This document shows, piece by piece, positions 26,935 to 41,375 of a stretch of DNA of 64,000 nucleotides. Each line of letters opens with the position of its first letter. Positions within the stretch are counted from its first letter, which is position 1. The DNA comes from Octopus vulgaris (Eukaryota): positions 32,550,001-32,614,000 of the forward strand of contig OX597830.1 of NCBI GenBank assembly GCA_951406725.2. The letters run 5' to 3'. The position numbers were made by a program, and so were the translations under genes. Under the pieces are notes generated by a model. It was not told where the DNA came from. It made no database searches and saw nothing but the letters and a program-made list of their open reading frames with translations.

Positions 26935-27690
26935 AGGTACGGGTGTGGATGTGTGGTAAGAAGCTGGTGAAGGTCACGGGGACATTCTCAATAGATTGTT
27001 ATACCTTCTTCGTCTTGGACCCCCCCCCCCCCAACAATACAGGTATGTCTGATGTCGGCGCGGTATTTGTGTGGGGTTTCGGACGAGGATTAATTTTTGT
27101 AATTAATTTTTGTAATTAAGTTTTGTAATTGAATAGTATTTATGTATATTGATATATTGTAAATTATTGTATACTGTTATTTTTATAATATTGTGTAAAA
27201 AGAAACTGTGATTTCGAGGGGTGTTCGGTCGGCAGGCGCCGAATACCCCTCCTATTTTTTACATTTATACATATCATTCCTCATCTCATTAATGTATTTG
27301 TCCAGCCCGCATTGCTTCTCTGTACTGCCCTTGTGGCAATAACCACTTAGTTCTAGGTTCAGTCTCACTGCGTGGCACCTTGGGCAACTGTCTTCTACTA
27401 TATCCTTGGGGTGACTAAATCCTTGCGAATGGATTTAGTAGACGGAAACTGAAAGAAGCTCGTCGTACGTATATGTTTTACTTTCATATATGTGTGTGTG
27501 TGTCTGTGTGTATCTTTGTGTCTGTGTTTGTCCCACACTACTACTTGACAGTCAGTGTTGGTTTGTTTACATCCCCGTAACATAGCGGTTCGGTAAAAGA
27601 TACCGATAGAATAAGTACCAAGCTTTAAAAAAAGTACTGAAGTCGATTTATTCGACTAGAAATTCTTCAATGACTGAAACAAGTAAAAGA
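26935..27690 (+). mobile_element. SINE family A interrupted in its tRNA head by a LINE-type 3' fragment (26966-27342)
   Basis: Head to ...ggtaagaagct, then an insert ending cccttgtggcaataa, then aaccac...ggttcagtctcactgcgtggcacc resumes. Confidence 0.75.
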
Positions 27691-29059
27691 CAAGCTATCA
27701 TGTTATAACGAAACGATGTTCAGCAAAGATTGCCTGTGCATAGTTTGTCTAATTTTAAAAGTTCATATTGATCTTATCTGTTGTTTTGCATTTCTGTTTG
27801 CTTTGTTCTTTGGCTTGAAAATTAACTTGAAAGAATCCTTGGTGTTGTTTATTGTTTGCTTCATTCGTTGGATTTCTACATCTAGTACTTCTTTTATGGA
27901 AGAGGATCTAAACGCTCTTCTAAGGAGAGGAGAGGTTTTACCACTGTAATTTTTTATGTAAAATTTATATCAGTTGCCTCCTTCTAAATATCTACATTTA
28001 TTTGTATCATTTGTATACATGAACGTGATGTATCTGTTATTCTCCTTCTGAAAATTTTATGCTTCGAAGCGGGGGTGGGGGTCATTAAATATTGAATGTG
28101 CAGCACTGTTATGGATGGTGGATTTTAGGACAGTCGTTTTTTAAAATTTCTCAACGTTTTCCACCGTTTCCATTCGAAAAGATATATCATACACATGTAA
28201 TATATATCATGTGTTTATGGCTTGGTACTGTTTTGGCTTCCATTGGAAGTCAGGTAGAAAGCGGCAAACGTTAGCCCTAATGTAGAACCCATACCTACTT
28301 ATTATATAAGTATAAGTCTTATGGACTGCGATAAAGTAATTTTATTGTGCAGAACCCTACTAATTTCTTCAGTTTGTTAATTAATAATATGACTGTTCTT
28401 TTTATAAAAAATATTTAATATAATTTTGATTGTTTCGTCTATTTTGTTACATCCCGAACTCCAGAAACTTCTCAGACGGCTGTCCTGTACTACTCAAGTG
28501 TGATGAAAATTATTTAGCAATCGTGTGACGGTTGTTAGTGCATATTTTTGAGACATAATCATTGTTCAAAAGAACTGCTTTGTTTGTATATTTTTACAGT
28601 TTTGTAGACGTGTGCTGTAACTAAGTTAATTCGCTATCAATGCAAAAGAAATAAGGAGCTTCCATTTATACGTATATCACCGTGATTAGTTCATTCAGTT
28701 TCTCATTTAATCTAACGATATTGCTTTTGTCACCGAGTAAATTTTTAGCGATTTTGAAAATTTATTCTTCTTTAACTTGTGATTACGAATATATTATATT
28801 CGCCACTCTTACAAATTATAATATTTTTTTTTACATCATGTATCCTAATAAATTTTCAAGTTAATCGTGTATGTTTATTGTGTATTTATCTGTGGAAATT
28901 TTTAAGGTTTGGCAGCGTAGTTTGATTTCTATTTATTAATTAACTTAAAGAAAGTGAAAGTAACACATAAAAATGCACGAAGAAAAAATTATGACGAACG
29001 GACTAGAACGCGGTTGCAATTTCAGCGCATGCCTAAAAATAGGTGTCTTTCCGTGTCCA

Positions 29060-29338
29060 GTTCTCAGCTCCTTTTTGTTTAATGCAGGGGGTTTAAACTG
29101 GCTGTCCATAGCCACTGTTGAATACTGATGAACTACAATTTACGGCAAAACTTGCAGAAGATTTAGAGAAGAAATTCCAGAGATGGATGCAAACCTGGAA
29201 TCGAAAGGTTTCAAAGCAAACTTAGTAAAGACAAAAGTTTAAGCAAGACAGGAATCTACAATCGCCAGGGAAATTGTTGTGAACGATATGCAAGAAAGGA
29301 ATGAGCAAAACGTGTATATGGTGTAAACTATTGACACA
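29060..29338 (+). pseudogene. Decayed RTE-clade RT fragment
   Basis: EDLEKKFQRW../LESKGFKANLVKTKV with frameshifts. Confidence 0.6.
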
Positions 29339-29340
29339 CA

Positions 29341-29558
29341 AGAGGTGGCAGAATCGATAGCACGCCGGGCAAAATGCTTAGCGGCATTTCGTCTCTGTCT
29401 TTACGCTCTCGGTTCAAATTCCGTCGAGGTCGATTTTGCCTTTCACACTTCGGGGTCAATAAAATAATTATCAGTTGAGTACTGGGGGTCGATGTACTAT
29501 AATCGACTAGCCCCTCCCGCCAAATTTCGGGCTCTGTGCCTATAATGGAAAGGATTAT
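29341..29558 (+). mobile_element. SINE family B (tail variant 2)
   Basis: ggcagaatcgatagcacgccgggc...gtgcctataatggaaaggattatt. Confidence 0.85.
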
Positions 29559-29559
29559 T

Positions 29560-30535
29560 TTGGACGCCGACGGGAACGAACTGGCTAGTCTGTTTTGGAG
29601 GACTTTCCGGTCGGGAACTATCATGGATAATTTCCAGATGTTCTTGGACATATCGAAACGGTACTGCGGGGCGCTACCGTTTCGATATAAACTCTACAGG
29701 CACCTATGTGCTGTCAGACAGGCTTGTCTGAGATGCGCGCAGAGTAACGAAACTGTTCTACACGCCCTCGTTCAGTGTCCGGACATTACTGACTTGTGGG
29801 GTTATGTCGAACAGCTGCTGTCACATATGGGACGGATCTGTCTGTCGGTCGAGTCCGTAGTGATGATAGTACCGCCGCTTTCCTTCAATCGGGCAGGCAA
29901 GGCAGCTTTCCTTTGGCTGGTGGCTGTGGCGAAAGAGGCTGTTTGGTGGACAAGGCTCTTTGGTAGAGCTTTCATTGGCTTCTTCAAGTTTCACTTGAGA
30001 AGGAAATTGAGAGTTGAAAGAGAAGTGCTGTCCTCAGGTGAGTTTATTGAAATGTGGGTGAAAGTAGCGAAAATGGCAAGAGTGGTTGGTACCTCTCTAA
30101 GTGTAGACCTGTGGATTGGACAGAAGGAATTGGAGAGGGCACTTGATCCTGGGATTTCAAGGAAATCTCGGACAGTAGGGTTCGTCGATTATCCTCAGAG
30201 GCTTTCCTGCATCAGGAGGGTCACATCTCCATATTCCTCCCTACAACCTTTTTTTCTTTACTCAAACCTTTGTATTTCAGGGAAATCTCGGACAGTGCGG
30301 TTCCTCGATTATCCCTAGACGCCTTCCTGTATCAGGAGAGCCACATCTCTATCATACGCCTGCCTCATTTTTTAAACCTTTGTATGCTTTACATATGTCC
30401 CTTCTTTTTTAGTGTACACCTTGTATACTTACTATTTTTTTAATCATTTCATTATTATATGTAAACCTCCACATTGTATGTCTGTCTTTGTATTGCTCCC
30501 CTTTATCCTTCACCCTTGTGGCAGATAACTGAAAT
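29560..30535 (+). mobile_element. Tx1/L1-clade LINE 3' end: zf-RVT (CCHC) region plus a 3' UTR with a tandem duplication of about 120 bp
   Basis: GALPFRYKL...CLRCAQSNETVLHALVQCP...LW; duplicated ggaaatctcggacagt at about 30160 and 30280; tail cccttgtggcagataactgaaat(cat)n. Confidence 0.8.
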
Positions 30536-30553
30536 CATCATCATCATCATCAA

Positions 30554-30589
<36 letters not shown>

Positions 30590-30612
30590 TATTATTATTA
30601 TTATTATTATTA

Positions 30613-30866
30613 TTCTATGTTTGACTTTTGCTTTATGTTTGTACAAGTTGGCTCCAAGTCTCACCCAGAGACCTCCAAGAGACAACAGGTTGGAAGTTCA
30701 CGTTGTTGTTATGCCTAGTGTGCCATATATTTGGGTTTTTTGGGGGTTTTTTTTGGTGTTGTACTAGTGAATGTCTAATAAATAATTTTTTTTTAAAAGT
30801 TTGTTTTAAACCTTGGGATTACATAGAGAGTATTTTGCGTAGGATATGAGCAGTTCCCATGAGCAC

Positions 30867-30910
<44 letters not shown>

Positions 30911-32035
30911 GATTGGTTTGCATTTTATTTCATTTTCTGACTCGATCTCAACCAGAGACCTAAGACACGTATGTATTAGATGGAGATAATCTTCCTGGGA
31001 CAGTGGGCAGTTGATGTCAAAACAATTTCTTTGAGTCTCATAGATTGTAGGTTTCTCGGGGATCTGGTCAAAAACTACTTTTCATGATCATTCCTAGGGC
31101 ACCTACAACAACAGGTATGGCTTTGGTTTTCAATTGCCACATCCTAGATATCTCAATCTCAAGGTCCTTATATTTCAACAGTTTTACAAATTCCTTTGCT
31201 GAGATGTTTCTATCAGAAGGTACTATTATATCAATTAACAGGTATGTTTTCTGTCTTTATCTTTGATGACGATGTCTGGTCTGTTATCATTTATTTGCCT
31301 GTGTATCCCATAATTCCATAGGATGGGAACATTCTCTTCTTCAGTGGCTGGATCTGCATGGTATTCATACCAGTTGTTATGGTGCAGGATATCATAGCAA
31401 CGTCATGTGCTCCAGTGCAAGTATTTAGCCAACTCGATCATGCCTGGTTTTATATTCTGTAGAGACGAAGACTCAGCAACCGGCAACAATGTGGTTCCGA
31501 GTGAGGAGACTTTAAGCTTGCGCTTCTAGGATAAATCCTTCTGTTTCGGCTTTCTAACCAGCACTCTGCAGCCACTGATGAGTTCTTCTACATCAGCTTC
31601 CCAAGCCCGTTTGAGGTATTACCCATGCAATAGATTTTCATGCTACACTTTCGATATTGCCTTCAAGCTTCCCTTTACAGTTTTTGATGCCTTAGTAAGT
31701 GGTGCGTTCTCCTTATCATAATCAGGGAGGTTAAGCTCCCGTCAGTATTTATACGCCTCCTTTGAGATTGAATGCAGGTTCTTAATCTGTTTATATTGCC
31801 TTATCAGCTGAATCAGCCACTCGGTGTTACTTTGGATGTACACTTGGAGTCCTATCATGGTCATTTTATAGGACATTTCAAGTTTCCTTTCGCCTTCCTT
31901 TCGAAGGAGATTGAACCCGTGGACATCCGATTTTGGGTCAGCAGTTTCCTGGTCTTTATGTCCATACGTTGGATTCCACTCAGATTCCAACTGATGACAA
32001 TTAGACTATACTGCACAACTGGTACATCCAGGGAG

Positions 32036-32090
<55 letters not shown>

Positions 32091-32563
32091 TTTTTTTTCT
32101 TCTTTCAAATTTGCTTCCATTTCTTGCCGAGTGTCTTCCCGACTCCTAGGACAAAGAAACTCATAGTATACATTGGTAGGGCATTAAACTAAACTCACTA
32201 GTTCGTTCATTTTTTTTTAAAGTTAAATTAAAATACATGGGTAGTAATAGTTCTCACATCGACAATGCTCTTCTCAATACGTGTAATGTACCAGTTAAGA
32301 CAATCTTTTGCACTTCTTGCAGGGATGGTAAGCCAGGGATCATTCTCATATAATTTTCAGTTCCCTTCTTGATCATTCCTAGTGCTCCTACGATCACTGG
32401 TATTGTAACCGCCTTGAGATGCCACATTTTCTCAATTTCAATGAGCAGGTCTTTATATTTTCTGAGCTTGTCAAACTCTGTCGCCAAGATATTATGATCA
32501 CAGGGGATGCTCATGTCGATCAATAAGCAAACTTTATTGTTTCTTCTTCTTATTATTATTATC

Positions 32564-32603
<40 letters not shown>

Positions 32604-32801
32604 GTTACTATTTTGCTTTACACTTGTACAAGTTGGTTCCAAGTCTCACCCAGAGTCCTCAAGAGACAGGTTAGAAGTTCATGTTGGTGTTATGCCTAGG
32701 GTGCCATATATTTGGTTTTGTACATAGTGTTGTTCTGGAGAATGTTTAAGACACCATAAGAAAATTATGTGTTTGTTTTAAAAATTTTGAGATTACACAG
32801 A

Positions 32802-32847
<46 letters not shown>

Positions 32848-32934
32848 TCATAAACGTTCAAGATTAGATGTTGAAAAAAAACTTCCAAACATTAGGCTAC
32901 AACAAATAAACATAGATACCAAGAACCTTCCTAA

Positions 32935-32937
<3 letters not shown>
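30613..32937 (-). mobile_element. Nested array of 5 R4/Dong-clade LINE 3' fragments separated by (ATT)n (30613-30868, 30911-31955, 32095-32545, 32610-32805, 32847-32937)
   Basis: HIVAGC...EYKTRHDRV, RPDIVIKDK, LLIDMSIP...KLRKYKDLLIEIEKMW...IPVIVGALG...QKIVLTGTLHVLRRALS, IVLMGTAHILRKILS: CCHC plus restriction-like endonuclease C-terminus. Confidence 0.85.
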
Positions 32938-33013
<76 letters not shown>

Positions 33014-34429
33014 AATTCCTGATGCAGGCGAACTCTGACCTAAAGACAATTCAACAACAACAAAAACAACAGCAACAGCAGCAGCAACAACAACAACTGC
33101 AATGTGCTCTTTCCCCATAAAAAAAAAAAAACAACAACAGAGAAACAAGAATATTCGTATCTCAACTAAGAAAGTACTCTAACTGCGAAAAGTTAAATAT
33201 TATTATCCAACTAAGTGTTGAGTGTCTCACCTGCCCAACCCTGTTATCACCCATCAGACAGACATGTCTACTACTTCTCGTCATCCGCCCCACTCACCCT
33301 CCATCCATGCCAAAATAAATGTTCTATAAAGATTTCCGTCCTTAAGACGTGGTATGAGTATAAATGATGGCATTTCAACAGAAATCAAATACAACGACGA
33401 CAACGCCAACGATGACGACGACAATGATGCTGATGATGATGATGATGATGACGGCGACAACGATGCTGCTGCTGCTGATGGTGGTGATGGTCATGATGAA
33501 AAAATAAATTCGAATAAAAAGAAAATCTCTGGAAAATAAAATAAAACATAAAATAAATAAAATGAAATAAAAATACTTATCCCTTGCAAATATTTAAAGG
33601 TCATGAAAACATCGGAATTTTATTTGATATCTTCGTTTCACCTCAGCAGACCATTTTAGAACGACTTGGGTGGGTCTGGCGGGGTGGGATTTCAATTTGG
33701 TGTCAACGATAGCTATGAACACCTACACATCCACACACACATATATGTATGTATACACACACATATATATATATACACACACATTCCTCTTAATTTTGTA
33801 TATACACACATATACATACACACTCACAGCACATACATATATACATGCATACATACGCGGGTGAATCATTAATTATTTCTTATGATTTTTCCCCCTGTTG
33901 GCAGGAAAATTAGTTGCGTGTACGTCACAAGACTTGGTCTTCTTCTCGTCCAGAATTTCCCAACCCTAGGATTCTACAAGAGGTCGTTAGGTACCACATG
34001 AAATGGTGATAAATAAGCTGATTGTACGCAAATGCATCTTTGGGTCATTTTTATACTTAATTCCATACTCGTAATTTCATTATAGACGCACATCATATTC
34101 AGCATATTCGAAAATGGTGACATTTGTAGTTTGTAAGGAGACCCCACGAGAAAAACAATCTCTTAATAGGGGCCTTGTAGAAAAAATTGGGGCTAACCAA
34201 GGCCAAGGTTAAGATGAAATCTTATAAAGCTTCTTTGTAGTGTTAAATGGATTTCATCTGCAAAAACCGTTCACAGATGGTTTTACAATTTGTTTAAAAT
34301 CTTTTGAAATTTAACTTTATGAAAGGGAAGGAAAACTATTAAGAAAGAACTGCATGAAGAAAGAAAGTATTTGTAAAGAACTATACAGAACTGCAGGTAC
34401 CAGCACAATAATGCGTCTGCTTCTGTATT

Positions 34430-35010
34430 CAATTTTCTGAAAAAGAGAAGTTGGGAAAATAGTTAAATAGTTCGATGTTTGTGCCCATCTTCACCTATGG
34501 CCATGAATGTGGGTTATGATAGAAAGGGTGAATGGTAAAGACCTTCTTCGGTTATAAATGGTTATGGGATTGCACCATGGAAGTTAGCCTTCCGAGGCAC
34601 AAGTGCATACAAGGTTGTTTATGGAAGATCAACAGTCATCCGTGCATAGCAGCCTCCCTTCTCCAGGCCACTGATGTTGTCCAAAGGAAAGGTAGAGGCC
34701 GATACAGCTTGGTACCAGTGACACCGCGGCTCGTTTCTACAGCACAGTGAACTCGAGCAATGTGAAATAAAGTATCAAGAACACAACACACAGCCCGGTC
34801 CAGGAATCGAACTCACTACCTCATGATTGTGAGCCCAGCGCTGTTACTACTGCGCCATGCACCTTTTTTTTATAGAAAGCGTACAATTGCGAATAGAAGC
34901 GGATAAATGGGGTCCTCCGAAAGATCTTCGAAGAATCTCCGAAGTAACGTTACACGACATGGTGCATAGCTCAGAGATTACTGAGTTGCTTAGGGTCGAG
35001 CCATTAATTG
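34430..35010 (+). pseudogene. RTE-clade ORF C-terminal fragment split by a minus-strand tRNA-SINE (about 34530-34865)
   Basis: SMFVPIFTYGHEC...LRIEA...RRISEVTLHDMVHSSEITELLRVEPL; probable TSD atagaaag(g/c)gt on both sides of the SINE. Confidence 0.7.
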
Positions 35011-35016
35011 ATATAT

Positions 35017-35278
35017 TCCTACATCGATTTTCACCTCTCGCTACTCTCGAGATGGTCGTAGGGATAGACTCCTCAGCCTCCACCAGGTTGGTGGTAGTTG
35101 GATACTAACATAAGCGAGGTAGTTGGATGCTGTCCATAATTTCAGTCGGCTGCAATTGGAAATCCAACCAGAAATTCTAACGGTCGTTAATTCTGATAGA
35201 ACCTTATGTTGGTGGTGACTGAAGACTCTACCGCCATGACCTTTTCACGGGTAGTGGGAGGTGAAAATCGATGAAGGA
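35017..35278. mobile_element. Fold-back/MITE-like element with imperfect TIRs of about 70 bp
   Basis: tcctacatcgattttcacctctcgctac...ccacca versus tggtggtga...gtagtgggaggtgaaaatcgatgaagga. Confidence 0.65.
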
Positions 35279-35805
35279 TACATCTGATTTTCGATAGAGG
35301 TTTCTCTGAGACATGGAATGAATCTCAAGCTTTCCTTGAAAATAAAAGAATCGGAAACGTTGCTTTAATCACCTTCGTGCAGGTTAAGTAGACGTTAATT
35401 ATGGCCCCTCTGCTTTCTGTTTGCATTGAAGAGCAGCTTTCGATAATCCTGTTTCTATTAGTTGTACTTGTGTAAGACTTGAGCAATTTGGAAATAGCGT
35501 TTTTCACTTCAAATATGGAGGCATAAGAGACGCGCACCAAGAAGAACCCAGATACAAGACTGTCTTGGGTTAATAACAACTTTGAAGAGGTCCATGGCAT
35601 AGATCTTTTACGCAGCTATATTGAAAGTTGTTTTTATGATCTCTATAGGAATCACAGGGAATTCTTCGGCCTGGAACTGAACCTGAAACTACGCTGTTGC
35701 AATGAAAGCTACTTAATCACACATCTATGTCCAAAATTTTCAAAATAAAATTATTTTTACTACATCCACTATCTCGTTTCCTTTCTTTCCCCGTGTTTCT
35801 TGCTT

Positions 35806-35844
35806 TGTTTCTGAAGAAGGGCTACAGTCCGAAACGTTACAACA
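35806..35844 (+). ncRNA. Solo minimal type I hammerhead motif
   Basis: UGUUU CUGAAGA A GGGC UACA GUCC GAAA CG UU A(C)AACA. Confidence 0.65.
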
Positions 35845-36773
35845 CTCCATTTATATTTTAAATTTTCCACCATTAAAATGAAATATATATTTGTTATATT
35901 TAGTTTATTCTCTGTGAGCTTTTCTGCTCCTGTTTAAGATTTTCTTTGACGTTACATTGTACATAAAATTTCTCAATTAATTAAAATTTACCTTCTAGTT
36001 CGAGAAACAAAATATAAACATAGTGGCAATTACCGCTAAGTTTCATTTCGCAAAATTGAGAAATAATGTCGCAAAATTATTTTGCATACAAAAGATTAAA
36101 CCTGAAATTTGCTTTACAGCAAGGCAAGACCAATAAATATATTTCGGTCTTTTAAAAGTTCATCAGAATTTCAGTCATCAGCTAAAGGCTGCAAGTATTA
36201 TTTGCCAGATGCATTCAGATATATAGGAGTTAGTTAAGCAGGACTAGTGGTAATCTGAAAAATTCGAAAATATAATGAGCTAGAAAATAAACGATGTGTG
36301 TTAATTACATGAACTGAGGTATGTAAATTAAGAGGTGACGTACCGAATGACGTATGCATTTGATAAATGACCTCTTTAATTTATTTAAATTCATGCCACT
36401 GGCTCACTTGAGTTATTTCCCTTAGTTCATTATATATATATGTGTATACACACATACATCCACATATATACATAAGCATACATATATAAGTATTTATATA
36501 AAAGCAAACACATATATGTGTGTATATACAAACATGTATATATATATATTATATATATATATATACACACATATATATATGCATATATACATGTGTATGT
36601 ATGCATATCTATCTATATACATACACACATACAGATGTACGTATTTATCTATCTATATACATACACACATACAGATGTACGTATTTATATGAGTGTATCT
36701 ATACTTAAACGTACACATGTATTATACACATATGTATGTATGTACGTATGTATATGTGTACGTATATGTGTTT

Positions 36774-36813
<40 letters not shown>

Positions 36814-37433
36814 ATATATATATATACACATATTATATTCATGCATATTCTTATAAAAACATACATACATATTTATGTATATATACAATACTCATACATG
36901 TACGTTCTTATAATTTACATGCGAATAGGATTTTAAAAAAACTTGTCTCTATTTGTGTTGAAATCTGTGAAACTCATTAAAAATCTATCCTACCACTTCC
37001 CCCTCCGACCTCGACCACGCTCTTTATTCTCTCTCCCGTCACCTCTCTCTCTCTCTCTCTCCACCCTCTCTATCTCTCTTTAACCACCACCCAGTAATAT
37101 TTGGTGTCTACTGTTTCTTTTTAGATATTTCTATTTTGAGAACTCAGGTTAGTTTACCTCAAAATAGAACCATATTTCTCTGCACGCATTATCTCCCATG
37201 CATACACACACATGCATATCTAACACATACATATATGTATACATATATACATACTGACCTATGCACACATACGCACATGCACATAGACGCAAGAACACAC
37301 ACTCACTTACACAAAGGGCATACAGATATATATTCATGCATGCTTGTTCCCACTCTTTGATTTTCAATGTATACGTTTTCTCTTTCTATCACAAATGCTG
37401 ACTAAGATATACTTACATACATGCATACATACA

Positions 37434-37511
<78 letters not shown>

Positions 37512-37608
37512 CATATATATAAATACGTACATATATACATGCGTAAAGAGAGAAAGAAATAGATAGATGGATACATAGCTGGCTACATAGATATACAGAC
37601 AGACAGAC

Positions 37609-37655
<47 letters not shown>

Positions 37656-37816
37656 AATAAACTGTAGTTTCTCTGTTTCTTGCAAAAACTTTCGATTTTA
37701 TTATGCGCATTTATATGGACACACGACATGCGTGCTTCCATCCATATGTGTGTGCATGAGCGTTTATATATATGTGTGTATATAAATATGTATTCATATA
37801 TATATGTACATATACG

Positions 37817-37980
<164 letters not shown>

Positions 37981-40644
37981 TACATATATATATATATACA
38001 CATATATATATATATGCATATGTGTATGTGTAAGTGCGTATGTCTGTGTGCGTGCGTGTGTGTATAATTTGTGTTTTCACGTTTTCATTTTGCTTGTTCC
38101 AATCATTGGACTGCAGCTATGCTGGTGCAGCACCTTAAATGATTGTGGTGGATCATTTTCACTCTAGTATTTACTTATAAATCTGGTGCTTATTTTAGCG
38201 ATCTTTTCGTTGAACCGCTATAACACGAGATAGAAAATCAGACACTTGAAAACATACCACAAACACACGCGCATGCGTATATATGCAACGATCCTCCGCA
38301 CAGATCACGTTTACCAATTTTACTCAGAATGCCTTGGAAATTCCAAGGCTATAGTAGAAAATACTTACCTACGACACACACATATGTACATGTATCTATG
38401 AGTGTGTGTTAGTGAATATGCGATCGTGTTTACGTGTATTCGTTTTGTATATGTGTGTGTGTGTAATGCCTAATAACTCTACATATGATAGAGTAAAATT
38501 GTCTATATAAAGTTAGAGAAAATACAATTCAAATAGTCAAAGATACATAAGTTTTGCTGCAAATTCGTTCAAAATAAGGTTCAATCACCATATGTAAACA
38601 TCAAGAAACCGTGGTAGATAATTATCACTGAGACACCTACTTTGCAAACGTTATTTAGATTTTGAAAACAACGAATTCGATCTAGGCACTCCATGGAATA
38701 TTTTAAACGATGTAGAGCTATATAAACGAAATATCCTAGCGAATGCACTTAAGACAAACCTTTGGAAACTCTGCCATCCATTTTACTTGTGAAAGTATAT
38801 ATGAGGATCTACTTAAAATTATTGAGTAATTGTTCAATAATATTTGACCGCTTTTATAACTCTGCATAAAAGAAACTTAGATACACACGTACGTGCGTAC
38901 GAGCGCGCGCGTGCAAACATTTAGAAACACTGATTGACAATCAGGTGCATACTTAGCAAAGTTCCTTTGGTTTTTGGAAAACAAGCAATTGGATTTTGAC
39001 ATTACATGTGTAGCGGGAATATTGTCATATTCTGAACTGTGCAGAACCACACAAAAAAATCAGTAATGACTTGCAGGCTGTGCATATCAGAAAAAATACT
39101 ATCCTCTTCGGAAATAGTCGCAATATGAATTGTAAATTAAGCTTTTTTTCTGCCGCCACAGATCGAAGTACTCTGCATCATTTTATAAATGAAGTATTAA
39201 AGCAAAAAGAATCCTTTTCGTATATTATAAATCATATCAAACTGCAAATAAAAATAACGCATAAACATCAAAAATATATTCAATTGGTTTCTATATTGTT
39301 TACACATCGCATACATGTGACGATGTCTGAGTAATGGCACACCTTACAAACTACTTCAAGTGAGGTTGCAATCAACATCTATACTCAGCTTGATCTCTGA
39401 ACATGGAAAATTCATGTATTGTCCCGAATTATCTGATAGAGCAAGAAGCAAGGACAACACTATCCAGTAATAACTTAGGATATTATGAACAGATTCACTT
39501 GGTATTTAAACGTATTGTGTCACTGTAAACTTTGCAAACCTGAAAAGTTCCGAATACTAAACTAGCTTGTGATATTCATCAATAGAAAGTCCGAGGTATT
39601 CGTTAGCTGTCGCCCCAGAAAAGCGTTTCTTCCAGAGACCTTTTCGCCTATTACACATCTCAAGATAAGCACCACAAATTCCACAAATTATCGATTAGAA
39701 ATCACACAGAGTACCTGGTATTATATATGGATGTTCATGCTGGTTGGGTAATTTTCTTCCTAATATATTTGAGCCAAAAGCGACATCACCTTCGTTATTG
39801 ACCAACCAATAAAAATCAATGTTACTTAATACTGTTGAGGAACAACGCAGTCGGGCACTAAGGAGATAAATATCTGCTTAAGAATTGAATCTGAAAGATC
39901 CCCGGTTTACTTTATTTGCGTATTTTGGAAACTTTATTAGTTATTCATTTTCAGCTAGTGGAATAATTAAACACTGGCTGTTTAATTATATTTATAAGCT
40001 CTGCTGATTGAGCTAAGTGCTATTTTCTTTTATTTATACACAGAAACATATACATACGTATATATGTGTGTGTGTGGGCACGTGCGCTCGCGTCTACATC
40101 TTCCCACCATTTGGCAAAGAGTGTTGGTGTGTATTCTTCTTCATAACTTAGCTGTCCAACAAAGGACACCAACAGAATAAGTACCAGGCTTTAAAAAAAA
40201 ATAAATACGGGGATCGATGAATTTGACTAATACTTTTCAAGGCAGTGCCCCAGCATGGTCACAGTCTAAAAGATTGAAACAGGTAAAAGATAGAAGATAA
40301 ATTAAGGAAAAACATAGAGAAAAAAATTGCGAATTAAATATTTATAAGCACGCCTGTAGGAATTTCATAGTTTTGGTCTTTAATGCATAAAAGACTCGGA
40401 ATGAAATGGAAAGATTTTGGTTAAACTCAACTTACTACACGGACAAACTTAACAAAAAATCCAGAGAAGTGCTTTTTGACAAGTTTGTCAAAGAATAATT
40501 GATTCTTAAAATGCAGTAACCTTATTAAAACTTTTTTGTGCTATTTATATGTTCAATGATGACAGTCTTATGTGTACGGATACTTTAGCTATTAATTTCT
40601 ATTAGAATTAGATCCACGCTCAAGGAAAATACAAGAAATATATA

Positions 40645-40900
40645 TGGTTGGGATATTTGGCGCAAGGTCGTGAGGTCGTAAGGTCGTGAGTTCAATTTCC
40701 TGGTTTCTGTATTGTTTATACATCGCATACATATCTTTTCATGTTGCTCCAGTTCTCTCAGCTGGCGAAAATGAGCAGTACCTGTATTTCAAAGGGCCAG
40801 CCTTGTCACACTCTGTCTAAGGCTGCATCTCCCTGAGAAATCATTAAGGGTATGCGTCTCTATGGAGTGCTCAGCCACTTGCACGTTAATTTCACGAGCA
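40645..40900 (+). mobile_element. SINE family F, 3'-truncated by a family E fragment
   Basis: Colinear with 11055-11310. Confidence 0.75.
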
Positions 40901-41145
40901 AACTCCAGTGTAATTTGGCATTGTTTTCTTCAACTGGATGCCCTTCCTAATGCCAACCACTCTGAGAGTGTAATGGGTGCATTTATGTGCCACTAGAACG
41001 GGTGCCAATTTGTGTGATACCAGTATCTACCACAATTGTGATTTTGCTTCGCTTGATGGGTCTTCTTCTCAAATACGACATAATACCAAAGGTCTTAGTC
41101 ATTGCCTTCGTGAGGCCCAACACTCAAAAGGAATTCAGCCACTTA

Positions 41146-41375
41146 AGCGGTGAGCTGGCAGAAACGTTAGCACACCGGATGAAATGCTTAGTGGTATTTC
41201 GTCTGCCGCTCCGTTTTAAGTTCAAATTTCACCAAGGTTGACTTTGCCTTTCATCCTTTTGGGGTCGATAAATTAAGTACTACTTACTCACTGGGGTCAA
41301 TGTAATCGACTTAATCCATTTGTCTGTTCTTGTTTGTCCCCTCTATGTTTAGCCCCTTGTGGGCAATAAAGAAAT
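41146..41375 (+). mobile_element. SINE family B inserted in a family E repeat (about 40900-41450) with an 18-bp TSD
   Basis: aaggaattcagccactta at 41128-41145 and 41376-41393. Confidence 0.9.

Noticed and set aside
29536-30318. 260-aa ORF as a host gene
   Set aside because: It starts in a SINE tail and runs through LINE zf-RVT into 3' UTR; it is a transposon chimera.
36305-36396. Imperfect AT-rich hairpin with tgaggta as let-7-like miRNA
   Set aside because: Only a 7-nt match, with a large unpaired loop and low complexity.
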